From a bacterium (lineage in GTDB: Bacteria; UBA8248), in the NCBI GenBank assembly GCA_965200245.1, contig CBDATS010000004.1:160001-224000 (forward strand): DNA of 64,000 nt, written 5' to 3'. Each line of letters starts with the position of its first letter. Position 1 is the first letter of the stretch. The notes under the pieces were generated by a model that was not told the DNA's origin, ran no database searches, and saw only the letters and a list, made by a program, of their open reading frames with translations. A program made the translations under genes and the position numbers. Of this stretch, positions 28,393-38,744 are shown piece by piece.

Positions 28393-29955
28393 TTGCCGCC
28401 CGAGCCCGAACGACCAGATCCAATAGACGAACTGAAAGCCCTCACTTCCAGGGCGCAGGCACGGGGAGGCGAGGCGTCGAAACAGTGCCAGCACAAGCAG
28501 GGAAAGTTAACCGCCAGAGAGCGTATCGACCTCCTGATCGACCCCGATAGTTTTTCCGAAATCAACCTGTTCGTCGAGACGCGCGCAACGGATTTCGGCA
28601 TGGACCAGCGCCGAATGCCCGGTGACGGTGTCATCACCGGCAGTGGGTACGTGAACGGCCAACTCGTGTTCGTGGTCTCGCAGGATTTCGGCTCTCTCGG
28701 CGGCTCGCTGGGTGAGATGCACGCGGAGAAAATCGTGAAGATACAGGAACTCGCCATGAAGGCGGGCGCGCCCATTATCACCATCCTCGATTCGGGCGGC
28801 GCGCGCATCCATGAGGGCGTTCTGGCGCTTCATGGCTACGCGCAAATCTTCCACAACAACACCCAGGCATCGGGCGTGATCCCACAAATATCGGTCATCC
28901 TCGGCCCCTGCGCGGGCGGCGCTGTCTACTCGCCCGCCATCACGGACTTCGTCTTCATGGTTGACGGGCTGAGCAAGATGTTCATCACCGGCCCGGAAGT
29001 CATCAAGGCGGTAACGGGAGAAGACGTATCCGTCGAGGAGTTGGGCGGTGGCGCGGTACACAGTTCGACCAGCGGGAACGCGCACTTCCTCGCAAAAGAC
29101 GAGCGTGAGTGCTTCGCGATGGTGAAAAAACTGCTCTCATTTCTGCCATCGAACAATATGGATGACCCTCCTCTTGCCGATACGTCCGAGTGGCCGCCGG
29201 ATGAAAATCCCGAACTCGACGGCATCGTCCCAGCGGAGGCCACGAGTGCCTATGACGTGCGTGACCTGGTGGCCAATGTTTTCGACGACGGCGATTTCCT
29301 GGAGGTTCACGCTGATTTCGCCAAAAACATCGTCGTCGGATTCGCACGCCTGCGGGGAAGGCCTGTTGGCGTCGTGGGAAACCAACCCAGGCACTTGGCC
29401 GGCGTCCTGGACATCGACAGTTCCGACAAGCTCGCCCGCTTCGTTCGCTTTTGCGACGCCTTTAACCTGCCCATCGTCAACTTCGTGGACGTGCCCGGCT
29501 ATCTGCCCGGCACGCAGCAGGAATACGGTGGGGTTATCCGTCACGGGGCCAAGGTGCTCTTCGCATACAGTGAAGCGAACGTGCCGAAAATCGCGCTCAT
29601 CGTCAGAAAGAGCTACGGCGGCGCCTACATCGCGATGAGCGGGTTCGGCCTGGGCTACGACCGTGTGCTGGCGTACCCATTCGCCGAAATCGCGGTGATG
29701 GGTCCCGAAGGGGCAGCCAACATCATCTTCCGGCGCGAGATCGGCGAAGCCGGGGATCCCGAAAAAGTCCGGGGGGAGAAGATAGAAGAATACCGCAGGC
29801 TTTTCGCCACACCCTACACGGCGGCGAAATACGGGCTGGTGGACGTCATCATCGAGCCTCGACACACGAGGGACGCGCTTATTCGCGCGCTCGAAATGAC
29901 CGCGCACAAGCGCGAGGACAGGCCGCAGAAAAAACACGGTAACATTCCGCTGTAA
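28393..29955 (+). CDS. Acyl-CoA carboxyltransferase; methylmalonyl-CoA decarboxylase alpha-subunit-like (MmdA/PccB family)
   Basis: GKLTARERI, PGDGVITG, DSGGARIHEG, GPCAGGAVYSP, DVPGYLPG, YGGAY, KKHGNIPL; TTG 28393 with AGGAG RBS. Confidence 0.93.
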   Translation: MPPEPERPDPIDELKALTSRAQARGGEASKQCQHKQGKLTARERIDLLIDPDSFSEINLFVETRATDFGMDQRRMPGDGVITGSGYVNGQLVFVVSQDFGSLGGSLGEMHAEKIVKIQELAMKAGAPIITILDSGGARIHEGVLALHGYAQIFHNNTQASGVIPQISVILGPCAGGAVYSPAITDFVFMVDGLSKMFITGPEVIKAVTGEDVSVEELGGGAVHSSTSGNAHFLAKDERECFAMVKKLLSFLPSNNMDDPPLADTSEWPPDENPELDGIVPAEATSAYDVRDLVANVFDDGDFLEVHADFAKNIVVGFARLRGRPVGVVGNQPRHLAGVLDIDSSDKLARFVRFCDAFNLPIVNFVDVPGYLPGTQQEYGGVIRHGAKVLFAYSEANVPKIALIVRKSYGGAYIAMSGFGLGYDRVLAYPFAEIAVMGPEGAANIIFRREIGEAGDPEKVRGEKIEEYRRLFATPYTAAKYGLVDVIIEPRHTRDALIRALEMTAHKREDRPQKKHGNIPL

Positions 29956-29971
29956 GGATAAGGATTTTCCC

Positions 29972-30292
29972 GTGGACGCATTCATACCCGGATTATTGCT
30001 GACGGTCGTCGGCCTGGGCGTCGTTTTCGGCTCCCTGATCGTGCTGATGGTGATCATTATGCTTCTGGAGAGGTTCTTCGGCTCAAGAAGTGAGGAAACA
30101 GGCACGGGCACGCATGAGCAGAAGTCCTCGCCCCAAAGTGACGATCTGGAAATTGTCCTCGCGGCCGCTGCCGGATATTTTCTTGAAACCGAAACCCCCG
30201 AAATATACGTTCCTCCAGTGCGCCGGAACGCGGATTCCTTCTGGGCGCGAACTGCCCGCCAGGGCAGGCTCAGCCACCGGAGGCGGCAGTGA
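29972..30292 (+). CDS. Na+-decarboxylase membrane anchor subunit (OadG/MmdD family)
   Basis: N-terminal TM GLLLTVVGLGVVFGSLIVL, DDLEIVLAAAA, C-terminal W..TAR; position within the cluster. Confidence 0.82.
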   Translation: MDAFIPGLLLTVVGLGVVFGSLIVLMVIIMLLERFFGSRSEETGTGTHEQKSSPQSDDLEIVLAAAAGYFLETETPEIYVPPVRRNADSFWARTARQGRLSHRRRQ

Positions 30293-30693
30293 GAAACTTC
30301 CACCTGACCATCAACGGAAAACGATACGCTGTGAGCGTGGAGCGCGTCCCCGGATCGAACGACCTCGAAATCACGCTAGACGGGCAGACGCACCGCGTGC
30401 AGGTGGAAGAAGAGGAGAAAGCGGCCGTTCCCCGCCCCTCCGCTGCCGCACGCAAGTCCCCGCCCCGGTCTTCGAGCGCCAGCGGCAAAATACTGGCTCC
30501 CCTGCCGGGCGTGGTGGTCTCCGTCGAGGTCACTCCGGGCGATTCGGTACGAGCAGGAGATACGCTCCTGGTGTTGGAAGCCATGAAGATGGAAAACGTG
30601 ATTCTCGCGGATTCGGACTGTGTCGTGCAGGCGGTTCACGTGGCGAAAGGTGACAAGGTGGAAGCCTCGCATCTGCTGATGGAGGTCTCATGA
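30289..30693 (+). CDS. Biotin carboxyl carrier subunit (MmdC-like)
   Basis: [13 protein letters not shown] biotinylation site, Ala/Pro/Ser linker. Confidence 0.93.
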   Translation: MRNFHLTINGKRYAVSVERVPGSNDLEITLDGQTHRVQVEEEEKAAVPRPSAAARKSPPRSSSASGKILAPLPGVVVSVEVTPGDSVRAGDTLLVLEAMKMENVILADSDCVVQAVHVAKGDKVEASHLLMEVS

Positions 30694-31814
30694 GCCGCCT
30701 GTTCCACTCAATCGCCGAGTTCATCTCCCTCACCGGGTTTTCGTCGCTGGACTCAGGCGACATGCTCATGCTCGCCATCTCCTGCCTCCTGCTCTATCTG
30801 GCCATCCAGAAAGGCTTCGAGCCCCTGCTGCTGGTGCCCATCGGATTCGGCATGCTGCTCTCGAACCTGCCAGAAACGGGTATATTCGATGAAGGCGGCC
30901 TCATCCAGTATTTCTATTTCGGGGTGAAAGCAGGCGTCTTCCCGCCGCTCATCTTCATGGGCATCGGCGCGTTGACCGACTTCGGGCCGCTGCTGGCGAA
31001 TCCGAAAACCTTGCTGCTCGGCGCCGCGGCACAGTTCGGTATCTTCGCCACGCTGCTCGGAAGCATATTCCTGGGCTTCAATCTTTCGGAAGCGGGCGCC
31101 ATCGGCATCATCGGCGGAGCAGACGGTCCTACGGCCATCTATACCGCTTCCAAGCTGGCACCCCACCTGCTCGGCCCTATCGCCGTCGCCGCTTACAGCT
31201 ACATGGCGCTCGTCCCGATGATTCAGCCCCCTATCATGAAGGCGCTCACGACCGGGGAGGAGCGTTCGCGGGAGATGGTGCAGCTAAAAGAAATCGAGAA
31301 GCCCGTCCGCATCCTCTTCCCCATCGTCACGACACTGCTCACGGGTCTTCTCCTGCCCTCGGCGGCGCCTCTCATCGGTATGCTTATGCTTGGGAACCTC
31401 TTCCGCGAGTGCGGGGCCGTGGAGAGGCTCCTGAAGACCTCCGAAGACTCGCTGCTCAACATGGTGACGATATTCCTCGGCGTCTCGGTGGGTGCCTCGA
31501 TGACGGCGCACACATTTCTCAAGTGGCAGACCATCGGCATTCTCCTGCTTGGCTTCATCGCTTTCGGCATCGGCACGGCCACCGGCGTGATCTTTGGCAA
31601 GATCATGGCTGCGTTCAGCCGCACGCCGATCAATCCCCTCATCGGTGCCGCAGGAGTGAGCGCAGTTCCCATGGCAGCGCGTGTCGTCCAGAAAGTGGGG
31701 GCCGACGAGAATCCGGGGAATTTCCTGCTCATGCACGCGATGGGCCCGAACGTTGCGGGCGTCATTGGATCGGCGATAGCGGCCGGCGTGCTCATATCAC
31801 TCATCCAAACCTGA
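30690..31814 (+). CDS. Na+-translocating decarboxylase beta subunit (OadB/MmdB family)
   Basis: [56 protein letters not shown]. Confidence 0.96.
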   Translation: MSRLFHSIAEFISLTGFSSLDSGDMLMLAISCLLLYLAIQKGFEPLLLVPIGFGMLLSNLPETGIFDEGGLIQYFYFGVKAGVFPPLIFMGIGALTDFGPLLANPKTLLLGAAAQFGIFATLLGSIFLGFNLSEAGAIGIIGGADGPTAIYTASKLAPHLLGPIAVAAYSYMALVPMIQPPIMKALTTGEERSREMVQLKEIEKPVRILFPIVTTLLTGLLLPSAAPLIGMLMLGNLFRECGAVERLLKTSEDSLLNMVTIFLGVSVGASMTAHTFLKWQTIGILLLGFIAFGIGTATGVIFGKIMAAFSRTPINPLIGAAGVSAVPMAARVVQKVGADENPGNFLLMHAMGPNVAGVIGSAIAAGVLISLIQT

Positions 31815-31826
31815 GGAGCGACATTC

Positions 31827-33017
31827 ATGGCTGGACCACTCGAAGGAATCCGGGTTGTAGACCTTACGCGCATTCTCGCGGGCCCTTATTGCACCATGAT
31901 GCTGGGTGACATGGGCGCGGAAATCATCAAGATCGAAAACCCTGACGGCGGAGACGACACGCGCGGCTGGGGCCCACCCTTTTTGAACGGGGTGAGCACA
32001 TACTTCATCTCGATCAACCGCAACAAGAAAAGCCTTACGCTCAACCTGAAAGACGAGCGCGGCAAGGAGATCCTGCGGAATATGATTCGCAAGAGCGACA
32101 TCATCGTGGAGAACTTCCGGCCCGGTACGCTGGACAAGCTCGGCTTTCCCTGGGAGGAGATCCATCGCATCAACTCCGCGATGATATTCGCCTCGCTCTC
32201 GGGCTTCGGCCAGACCGGCCCCAGAGTGAGCGAGCCCGGGTTCGACGTGGTAATCCAGGGTGAAGGCGGGATCATGAGCATCACCGGAGAGCCCGACGGC
32301 CCACCCAACAAAGTAGGCGCATCCATCGCGGACATCACGGCAGGCATGCTCGCCGCCCAAGGGATCCTGCTTTCGCTCTACCACCGCGAGAAGACGGGAG
32401 TGGGGCAGATGGTCGACATCGGCATGCTCGACGGGCAAGTGGCCCTGCTCACCTACCACGCGAACAACTACTTCGGAACCGGAAAACTTCCGCCCAGGCG
32501 GGGGAACAAGCATCCTTCCATCACGCCGTATGAGACCTATGAATGCAAGGACGGGTACTTCAACCTCGGCGTGGGCAACGACAGCCTCTGGCGCAGGTTC
32601 TGCGACGCCATGAGGCTGGGGGATATCAAGGAAGATCCCAAATTCGCCGTCAACAAGGACCGAGTGGACAATCGTTTGGAACTCCAGGAAATCCTCGACG
32701 CCTTCTTCGCGGAGAAGACGGTGGGAGAGACGCTCGAGACCCTGCGGGTAGCGGGCATCCCCTGCGGCCCCATCAACAATCTTGCGCAGGTACTGAACGA
32801 CCCCCAAGTGATCGCGCGTGAGATGGTGGTGGACATCGACATGCCCGTCGCCGGCCCCACGAAGGTGACCGGCGTGCCCATCAAGCTCTCGAAAACCCCG
32901 GGCGCCGTCCGCACACCCCCGCCCTCGCTGGGCCAGCACACCGACGAAGTACTCGAATCCGTTCTCGGCATGGACGAGGCGCAAAGAAACGCCCTTCGAG
33001 AAGAAGGCGTGGTATGA
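31827..33017 (+). CDS. Family III (CaiB/BaiF/Frc) CoA-transferase
   Basis: GPLEGIRVVDL, AGPYCT, NRNKKS, ENFRPG, GFGQTGP, catalytic Asp in SIADITAG. Confidence 0.94.
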   Translation: MAGPLEGIRVVDLTRILAGPYCTMMLGDMGAEIIKIENPDGGDDTRGWGPPFLNGVSTYFISINRNKKSLTLNLKDERGKEILRNMIRKSDIIVENFRPGTLDKLGFPWEEIHRINSAMIFASLSGFGQTGPRVSEPGFDVVIQGEGGIMSITGEPDGPPNKVGASIADITAGMLAAQGILLSLYHREKTGVGQMVDIGMLDGQVALLTYHANNYFGTGKLPPRRGNKHPSITPYETYECKDGYFNLGVGNDSLWRRFCDAMRLGDIKEDPKFAVNKDRVDNRLELQEILDAFFAEKTVGETLETLRVAGIPCGPINNLAQVLNDPQVIAREMVVDIDMPVAGPTKVTGVPIKLSKTPGAVRTPPPSLGQHTDEVLESVLGMDEAQRNALREEGVV

Positions 33018-33100
33018 GGTTTTTGCAATGGACATTTTCGGGCACTTTCCACGCCCCTTGGCGCTGATCTCCCGTCAGGCAATTTCGGGGGATTATTAAG

Positions 33101-33805
33101 GTGCGGATACCGGGCGTACAGATCGAAAAACCCAAATCCCTGAGCAAGATGGTATCCGAGCAGATTAAGGACGCTATCCTGAGCGGCATCTTCCAGCCGG
33201 GAGACAAACTGGTCGAGACGACGCTTACCGAATCCATTGGCGTGAGCAGAACGCCGTTGCGCGAAGCCTTCCGGGAACTCGCGGCGGAAGGCTACATCAC
33301 CGTCGTCCCACACAAGGGGGCGCACGTAAGCCTCGTGAGCGAGGATGAGGTTCTCGACATCTACGCCATCACGAGCGTACTGGAAGGTCTCGCCACGCGC
33401 CTCGCAACCCCAAACCTCCGCGAAGGCAGATCGAACGAGAAGCTCCAGGAACATTTCGAGCAGTTGAAGTGCCACCACGAGCGCGACGAGGTGGACGCCT
33501 ACTGGGCGGCGAACCGCGAATTTCACCACCACATCACGAGCGCTTGCGAGAACTCGCGCCTCCAGGAGCTCATTGAGAATCTGAGACAGCAGATCATGAA
33601 GACTCGCGTGGTGACGCTCCACGCGCCCGGGCGTCTCGACAGTTCCATGGACGAGCATGGTGAAATTCTTCAGGCCATTCTTGACGGCGAAGCGAGAGCT
33701 GCCGAACGCCTGGTGATCCGGCACCTCGAAATTCAGGGGAAATTCGTGCTGGACCTCATCAAGAAATCACCGGAAAACGAAAGCGATCCGACGGAGAACG
33801 ACTAG
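33101..33805 (+). CDS. GntR family transcriptional regulator with FCD domain
   Basis: wHTH GVSRTPLREAF..L..EG; FCD NREFH..N..EH..I..AI..H. Confidence 0.93.
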   Translation: MRIPGVQIEKPKSLSKMVSEQIKDAILSGIFQPGDKLVETTLTESIGVSRTPLREAFRELAAEGYITVVPHKGAHVSLVSEDEVLDIYAITSVLEGLATRLATPNLREGRSNEKLQEHFEQLKCHHERDEVDAYWAANREFHHHITSACENSRLQELIENLRQQIMKTRVVTLHAPGRLDSSMDEHGEILQAILDGEARAAERLVIRHLEIQGKFVLDLIKKSPENESDPTEND

Positions 33806-34030
33806 GCGAACACCTGCCGTACAACAAGTCCATCTTCCACCCCCAAGGCATCCGCCACGCCTGCCTACGGGAGACGACACCTGGCATTCTGCATTCACAA
33901 TCCCCGCGTCGAAGGCCGTTTCCTTTCCCATCACTGCGTGGGTCGTTCCACGAGAGCCCTCCCACAGCCCCCAGGCGTCAAGGCGGCGTGGTATTCATCC
34001 TGGTGGAGATTTAGCTGATCAAACTGATTT

Positions 34031-34471
34031 TCATGAGCTCTCCGTCCCTTCATCCACGACATGGAACGTGCTCTCCGCCTCTGCGACGGCACGGCCGTCT
34101 TCCGCCCTTATCGCCCTTCCCTCCAAAACGGCGAACCTTCCTTTTCGCTTCTTGAGCCTCCCCTCCAGGAGCAAGGGTGTGCCCACAGACAAGGGGTCAT
34201 GATAGCGAATCTCGCTTCTCGCCGAGTAGGCGCGCATACCCTTCAAAAACAGCCAGTTCGCCATCACGTCATCAAGCACGCTGAAGACGATGCCCCCGTG
34301 TGTCACGCCGTCGTAACCCTGGTGGACGGACTGCGGCGTGAACTCGGCGAGGCAAACATCGCCATCCAGCCGAAACGCGATTTTCAGGCCAATCGGGTTC
34401 GTGGTTCCACATACGAAACATCCGTCTGCGTCCGGACGCCCTCTTTCATCGGTCAATGGTTCGGTCTCCAT
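34031..34471 (-). CDS. PaaI family (hotdog) thioesterase
   Basis: CFVCGTTNPIGL, HQGYDGVTHGGIVFSVLDD; start moved to ATG 34471 because GTG 34507 lies inside the terminator hairpin. Confidence 0.88.
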   Translation of the reverse strand: METEPLTDERGRPDADGCFVCGTTNPIGLKIAFRLDGDVCLAEFTPQSVHQGYDGVTHGGIVFSVLDDVMANWLFLKGMRAYSARSEIRYHDPLSVGTPLLLEGRLKKRKGRFAVLEGRAIRAEDGRAVAEAESTFHVVDEGTESS

Positions 34472-34484
34472 TTCAGTTCGCTTC

Positions 34485-34518
34485 AAACAAAAAAGGAGAG
34501 CCTCCACGGCTCTCCTTT
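34485..34518 (-). terminator. Intrinsic terminator of the alpha operon (after rplQ)
   Basis: AAAGGAGAGCC-GTGGA-GGCTCTCCTTT followed by TTTGTTT on the minus strand. Confidence 0.85.
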
Positions 34519-34542
34519 CAGGAGTGTCTCACATTCCAGTTC

Positions 34543-34965
34543 CTACACTTCGCCTTGCGCCTCTCTTCTTTTCCGGCGGCGTTCACGCCTCTCTTCTTCT
34601 CTCGTGGTGTCTCTGTCGACGAGTTCGAGGAGCGCCATCGGGGCACTGTCTCCCTGCCGGGGAAGAAGGCGCAGAATGCGGGTATAGCCGCCGGGTCGCT
34701 CTAGGTATCTCGGGGCGATGGTATCCATGAGCTTGGCAACCGCGGCGGGAGTCTTGAGATAAGAGGCCACCTGACGCCGTGCATGAAGCGTGCCCTTCTT
34801 TCCCGTTGTGATGATCCGTTCCGCGTGGCGACGAACCTCCTTGGCCTTCGCCAGCGTCGTTCGTACCCTCTCCTCGTCTATAAGAGAAGTAACCATATTC
34901 CTCGTCATTGCGTCGCGATGCTTCGAGGTGCGTCCCAGTTTTCTGCCGTGCCATCGGTGCCGCAT
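34543..34965 (-). CDS. rplQ: 50S ribosomal protein L17
   Basis: MRHR..GRKLGRTSKHR, RPGGYTRI. Confidence 0.97.
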   Translation of the reverse strand: MRHRWHGRKLGRTSKHRDAMTRNMVTSLIDEERVRTTLAKAKEVRRHAERIITTGKKGTLHARRQVASYLKTPAAVAKLMDTIAPRYLERPGGYTRILRLLPRQGDSAPMALLELVDRDTTREEERRERRRKRREAQGEV

Positions 34966-34975
34966 CTGCCCAATC

Positions 34976-35995
34976 CTATTCTGTTTCGGAATCTTCCCCC
35001 TCGCTCAGGTTGAGCGGGGAGATATCCATATAGCCCAAATCCATGCCGAGGGATAAACCCATCCCGGTGAGAATATCACGAATTTCATTCAAACTCTTAC
35101 GGCCGAAGTTTCGCGTTTTCAGCAAATCGGCTTCTGTTTTTTGCACCAACTCACCCAACGTGCGAATGCGTGCGTTTTTCAGGCAGTTGTAGCTGCGAAC
35201 CGAGAGTTCAAGTTCTTCCACGCTTCTGCCGAGGCTCTCCACCATTCTTTGCTTGCGTTCATCCACCTTGGGCGCCTGAGGCGCCGCCTCTTCCTCGAAG
35301 TTAATGAATATCTGCAGGTTGTCCTTGAGAATCTTTGCCGCGTGGGCGACCGCGTCCAAAGGAACGACGGTTCCATTCGTCTCCACTTCGAGAATCAACT
35401 TGTCGTAGTCCGTAATGTCGCCCACCCGGGTCTTCTCCACCTGGAAGGTGCAACGGCGGATAGGAGAGAAGATGGAGTCTATCGGGATGAACTGCGGGCC
35501 GAGGGTCAAATCCACGTTTCTCTCCGCGGGCACGTAGCCGCGGCCGACGTTCGCCACGAGTTCCACGTCAAGGTCCGCTTCCTCGTTCATGTTGGCTATT
35601 TCAATGTCGGGAGTCAGCAACCTCACACCGGCCGGCACTTCGATGTCGCCCGCCTTGAACACGCCGGCGGAACCCGCATGCCGATAGTGCATGTGAACCG
35701 GCAGATTTTCCGATTCCACCTCGATGACAACATCCTTGAGGTTGAGGACGATTTCCGTCACATCTTCCATGACGCCCGGAATGCTCGAAAACTCGTGATA
35801 CACGCCCTCGATACGCACGCCCGTGAAAGCGGCCCCCTGCAGTGAAGACAAAATCACACGACGAAGCGCATTTCCCAATGTAACGCCATACCCGCGCTCC
35901 AGGGGTTCGGCGACAAAACGACCGAAAGTTTCGTTCAAGCTCTCCTGCTGCGGCTCCAAGCCGGCAAGTTTGACTAGCTCGGCAATCGCTGTCAT
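34976..35995 (-). CDS. rpoA: RNA polymerase alpha subunit
   Basis: [36 protein letters not shown]. Confidence 0.98.
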   Translation of the reverse strand: MTAIAELVKLAGLEPQQESLNETFGRFVAEPLERGYGVTLGNALRRVILSSLQGAAFTGVRIEGVYHEFSSIPGVMEDVTEIVLNLKDVVIEVESENLPVHMHYRHAGSAGVFKAGDIEVPAGVRLLTPDIEIANMNEEADLDVELVANVGRGYVPAERNVDLTLGPQFIPIDSIFSPIRRCTFQVEKTRVGDITDYDKLILEVETNGTVVPLDAVAHAAKILKDNLQIFINFEEEAAPQAPKVDERKQRMVESLGRSVEELELSVRSYNCLKNARIRTLGELVQKTEADLLKTRNFGRKSLNEIRDILTGMGLSLGMDLGYMDISPLNLSEGEDSETE

Positions 35996-36060
35996 CTACT
36001 GGTCCTCCGTACGGCGGTTGACCACTTTTTGAAAGAAGTAGGTCGAAACAGGCTCGTGAT

Positions 36061-36693
36061 TTATTTGGAATACAGTTCCACTATTTGCTGTGCGTTGATG
36101 TCAACCTGGGAATCTACCAGAATCGGCGGCTCCAGGACGCGCGCCTGAAGGTCGGCATGATCCACGTCGAGCCAAGCGGGAGCACCTCGGACCTTCCCCT
36201 TCTCCGCGCTTTGTACGACCAACGCGATTTTCTTGCTTTTCTCCTTGATTTCGACGACATCGCCCTTTCGCACAGCAAACGCCGGACGATTCACTTTCCT
36301 GCCATTCACGCGAATGTGATTGTGAATCACCAACTGACGCGCCTGGTTGCGCGAATCCGCGAAACTCGCCCGGTATACGACGTTGTCGAGCCTGGATTCG
36401 AGCAGCGAAAACAGGTTGTCACCAGTGACACCCTTGCGCCGTGCTGCTTCCTTGTAATACAGCCGGAACTGTTTCTCCAGCACGCCGTATACCCGACGCG
36501 CCTTTTGCTTCTCGCGAAGCTGCAGTCCGTATTCGCTCAACTTTCCACGCGAACGCGCGGCACCGTGCTGTCCCGGCGGGAAACTACGTTTCTCGAAAGA
36601 ACATTTGTCACCGATGCAGCGGTCGCCCTTCAGGAAGAGCTTCATGCCCTCTCTACGACAAAGCCGACAAACCGAATCCTTGTATCGTGCCAA
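36061..36693 (-). CDS. rpsD: 30S ribosomal protein S4
   Basis: [31 protein letters not shown]. Confidence 0.97.
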   Translation of the reverse strand: MARYKDSVCRLCRREGMKLFLKGDRCIGDKCSFEKRSFPPGQHGAARSRGKLSEYGLQLREKQKARRVYGVLEKQFRLYYKEAARRKGVTGDNLFSLLESRLDNVVYRASFADSRNQARQLVIHNHIRVNGRKVNRPAFAVRKGDVVEIKEKSKKIALVVQSAEKGKVRGAPAWLDVDHADLQARVLEPPILVDSQVDINAQQIVELYSK

Positions 36694-36718
36694 AATTCAA
36701 ACTCCCTCTTTCCGGGGT

Positions 36719-37120
36719 CTAGACCCGACGCCGCTTGCGCGGACGGCAACCATTATGGGGAATCGGCGTAACGTCACGAATGAGACTCACCTCGAGACCC
36801 GCGGCGGCCAACGAGCGAATCGCTGCTTCACGGCCCGAACCGGGGCCGCTCACGTATACCTCCACCGAGGTCACGCCCAAGTCCAACGCTTTTTTAGCGA
36901 CATCCGCGGCAGCCATCTGCGCGGCGAAAGGCGTGCTCTTGCGGGAACCCTTGAAGCCCTGCCCACCAGCCGTTGACCAGCAAACCACATTTCCGCCCGT
37001 GTCGGATATCGTGATGATGGTGTTGTTGAAGGTTGCCAGAATATGAACCTGCCCCTTGCCGATAACCCTTCGCTCACGTCGGCGCCTTCCGCCACGCTTT
37101 CCTCTATCCGCTTTCGCCAA
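36719..37120 (-). CDS. rpsK: 30S ribosomal protein S11
   Basis: [28 protein letters not shown]. Confidence 0.97.
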   Translation of the reverse strand: MAKADRGKRGGRRRRERRVIGKGQVHILATFNNTIITISDTGGNVVCWSTAGGQGFKGSRKSTPFAAQMAAADVAKKALDLGVTSVEVYVSGPGSGREAAIRSLAAAGLEVSLIRDVTPIPHNGCRPRKRRRV

Positions 37121-37155
37121 TTGAAATCTCCTGCCCTATAGATGCGAAACCAAAA

Positions 37156-37530
37156 TCAGTTGTTTTTTTTCTTTGCGCCCACCGTCTTGCGCGGTCCCTT
37201 GCGGGTGCGCGCGTTCGTGTGGGTTCTCTGCCCGCGAACGGGGAGTCCGCGGCGATGCCGAAGCCCCCGGTAGGTGCCAATGTCCATGAGTCTTTTTATG
37301 TTCATGGTCACCCGACTCTTCAAGTCACCCTCCACCGCATAATCGCGCCCAATAATCTCGCGCAAGGCCTGCACATCGGCTTCGGTGAGGTCCTTCACCT
37401 TCGCGAAGGCGTCGACCTTCACTTCTTCCACTATCTTGTTCGCAGAAGTCCGACCAATGCCATAGATATACGTCAAGGCGATGTTGACGTTCTTGTCGTT
37501 GGGAATATCCACTCCGGCAATACGGGCCAT
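37156..37530 (-). CDS. rpsM: 30S ribosomal protein S13
   Basis: [36 protein letters not shown]. Confidence 0.97.
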   Translation of the reverse strand: MARIAGVDIPNDKNVNIALTYIYGIGRTSANKIVEEVKVDAFAKVKDLTEADVQALREIIGRDYAVEGDLKSRVTMNIKRLMDIGTYRGLRHRRGLPVRGQRTHTNARTRKGPRKTVGAKKKNN

Positions 37531-37561
37531 TCGTGTTCTCCTTTATCTGCTTGCCATCGCT

Positions 37562-37675
37562 TCAGCCTTGCCGCTGCTTGTGTTTGGGGTTCGAGCACAA
37601 GACGCGCACGACACCTTTGCGGCGGATGACCTTGCATTTGTCACACATCGGCTTGACTGAACTTCTCACCTTCAT
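37562..37675 (-). CDS. rpmJ: 50S ribosomal protein L36 (Zn-ribbon type)
   Basis: Not in ORF track. Manual translation [37 protein letters not shown]. Confidence 0.97.
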   Translation of the reverse strand: MKVRSSVKPMCDKCKVIRRKGVVRVLCSNPKHKQRQG

Positions 37676-37704
37676 AGCCTGACTCCAAATCTCACTTCAA
37701 ACAC

Positions 37705-37992
37705 CTATTTATAGCGACTCGTGATCCGCCCTCTCGTCAAATCGTAGGGGGAAAGTTCTACTTTCACGCTGTCCCCCGGGAGAATCCGAATAAAGTGCAT
37801 CCGCATTTTCCCCGAGATATGGGCCAACACCTTGTGGCCGCCTTCTATCTCGACGCGAAACATCGCGTTCGGCAAAGGCTCCACAACCATTCCATCCACC
37901 TCTATCACACCTTCCTTGGGTGCCCTCTCCTCGCGCTCTATCTGATCGCGCTTTCTCTGCTTTCTGCTCCCCTGGCGTCGTGGTCTCCTCAT
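37705..37992 (-). CDS. infA: Translation initiation factor IF-1 with N-terminal extension
   Basis: [48 protein letters not shown]. Confidence 0.96.
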   Translation of the reverse strand: MRRPRRQGSRKQRKRDQIEREERAPKEGVIEVDGMVVEPLPNAMFRVEIEGGHKVLAHISGKMRMHFIRILPGDSVKVELSPYDLTRGRITSRYK

Positions 37993-38744
37993 GCGGCAAG
38001 ACTCAGGATATCCGGGCCGTTTTCGGTGATGGCGACGGAATGCTCAAAGTGCGCGGAGAGTTTCCCGTCCGCGGTGACGACTGTCCATTCATCGCTCAAT
38101 ACCTTCACGTCATGCACACCCATGTTCAGCATCGGCTCAATCGCGAGTACCATGCCAGCCTTCAGTTCCGGTCCCGTACCGGGGTCGCCGAAATTCGGAA
38201 CCTGGGGCTCTTCATGAAGATTCGTTCCCACCCCATGTCCGACATAAGCACGAACCACCGAAAAACCGTCGTTCTCCGCGTACCTTTGGACAGCATGCGA
38301 GATATCAAACAAGCGGTTGCCTGGCTTGGCCTGTTCGATTCCCTTGAAAAGCGAATCCTCGCAGCATTTCAACAGCTTTTTTGCTTCGGGATCAATATCG
38401 CCCACCGGAAAAGTGACCGCATGATCCCCGTAGTAGCCATACAATTTGGCGCCGACATCCACGCTCACTATATCCCCTTCCTCAAGCTTTCTCCCGGAGG
38501 GCACTCCATGAACCACCTCTTCGTTCACTGAAGCGCATATCGTGTGCTGATAACCCCTGTATCCCTTGAAAGCGGGTACCGCTCCCTGCTCACGAATGAT
38601 CCGCTCCGCCAAGGCGTCCAGCTCAAGCGTCGTGATACCCGGCCGAATCGCGTTCTTCAGTTCCCCCATTACGCTCATCACAACGCGGTTGCTATCCCGC
38701 AAACGTTCTATCTCTTTTCGCGAACGCAAGATGATGGCCATCAC
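37989..38744 (-). CDS. map: Methionine aminopeptidase type I
   Basis: [34 protein letters not shown]. Confidence 0.96.
   Translation of the reverse strand: MMAIILRSRKEIERLRDSNRVVMSVMGELKNAIRPGITTLELDALAERIIREQGAVPAFKGYRGYQHTICASVNEEVVHGVPSGRKLEEGDIVSVDVGAKLYGYYGDHAVTFPVGDIDPEAKKLLKCCEDSLFKGIEQAKPGNRLFDISHAVQRYAENDGFSVVRAYVGHGVGTNLHEEPQVPNFGDPGTGPELKAGMVLAIEPMLNMGVHDVKVLSDEWTVVTADGKLSAHFEHSVAITENGPDILSLAA

Noticed and set aside
27228-28808. 526-aa minus-strand ORF
   Set aside because: Antisense to the lyase and carboxyltransferase; typical high-GC3 shadow
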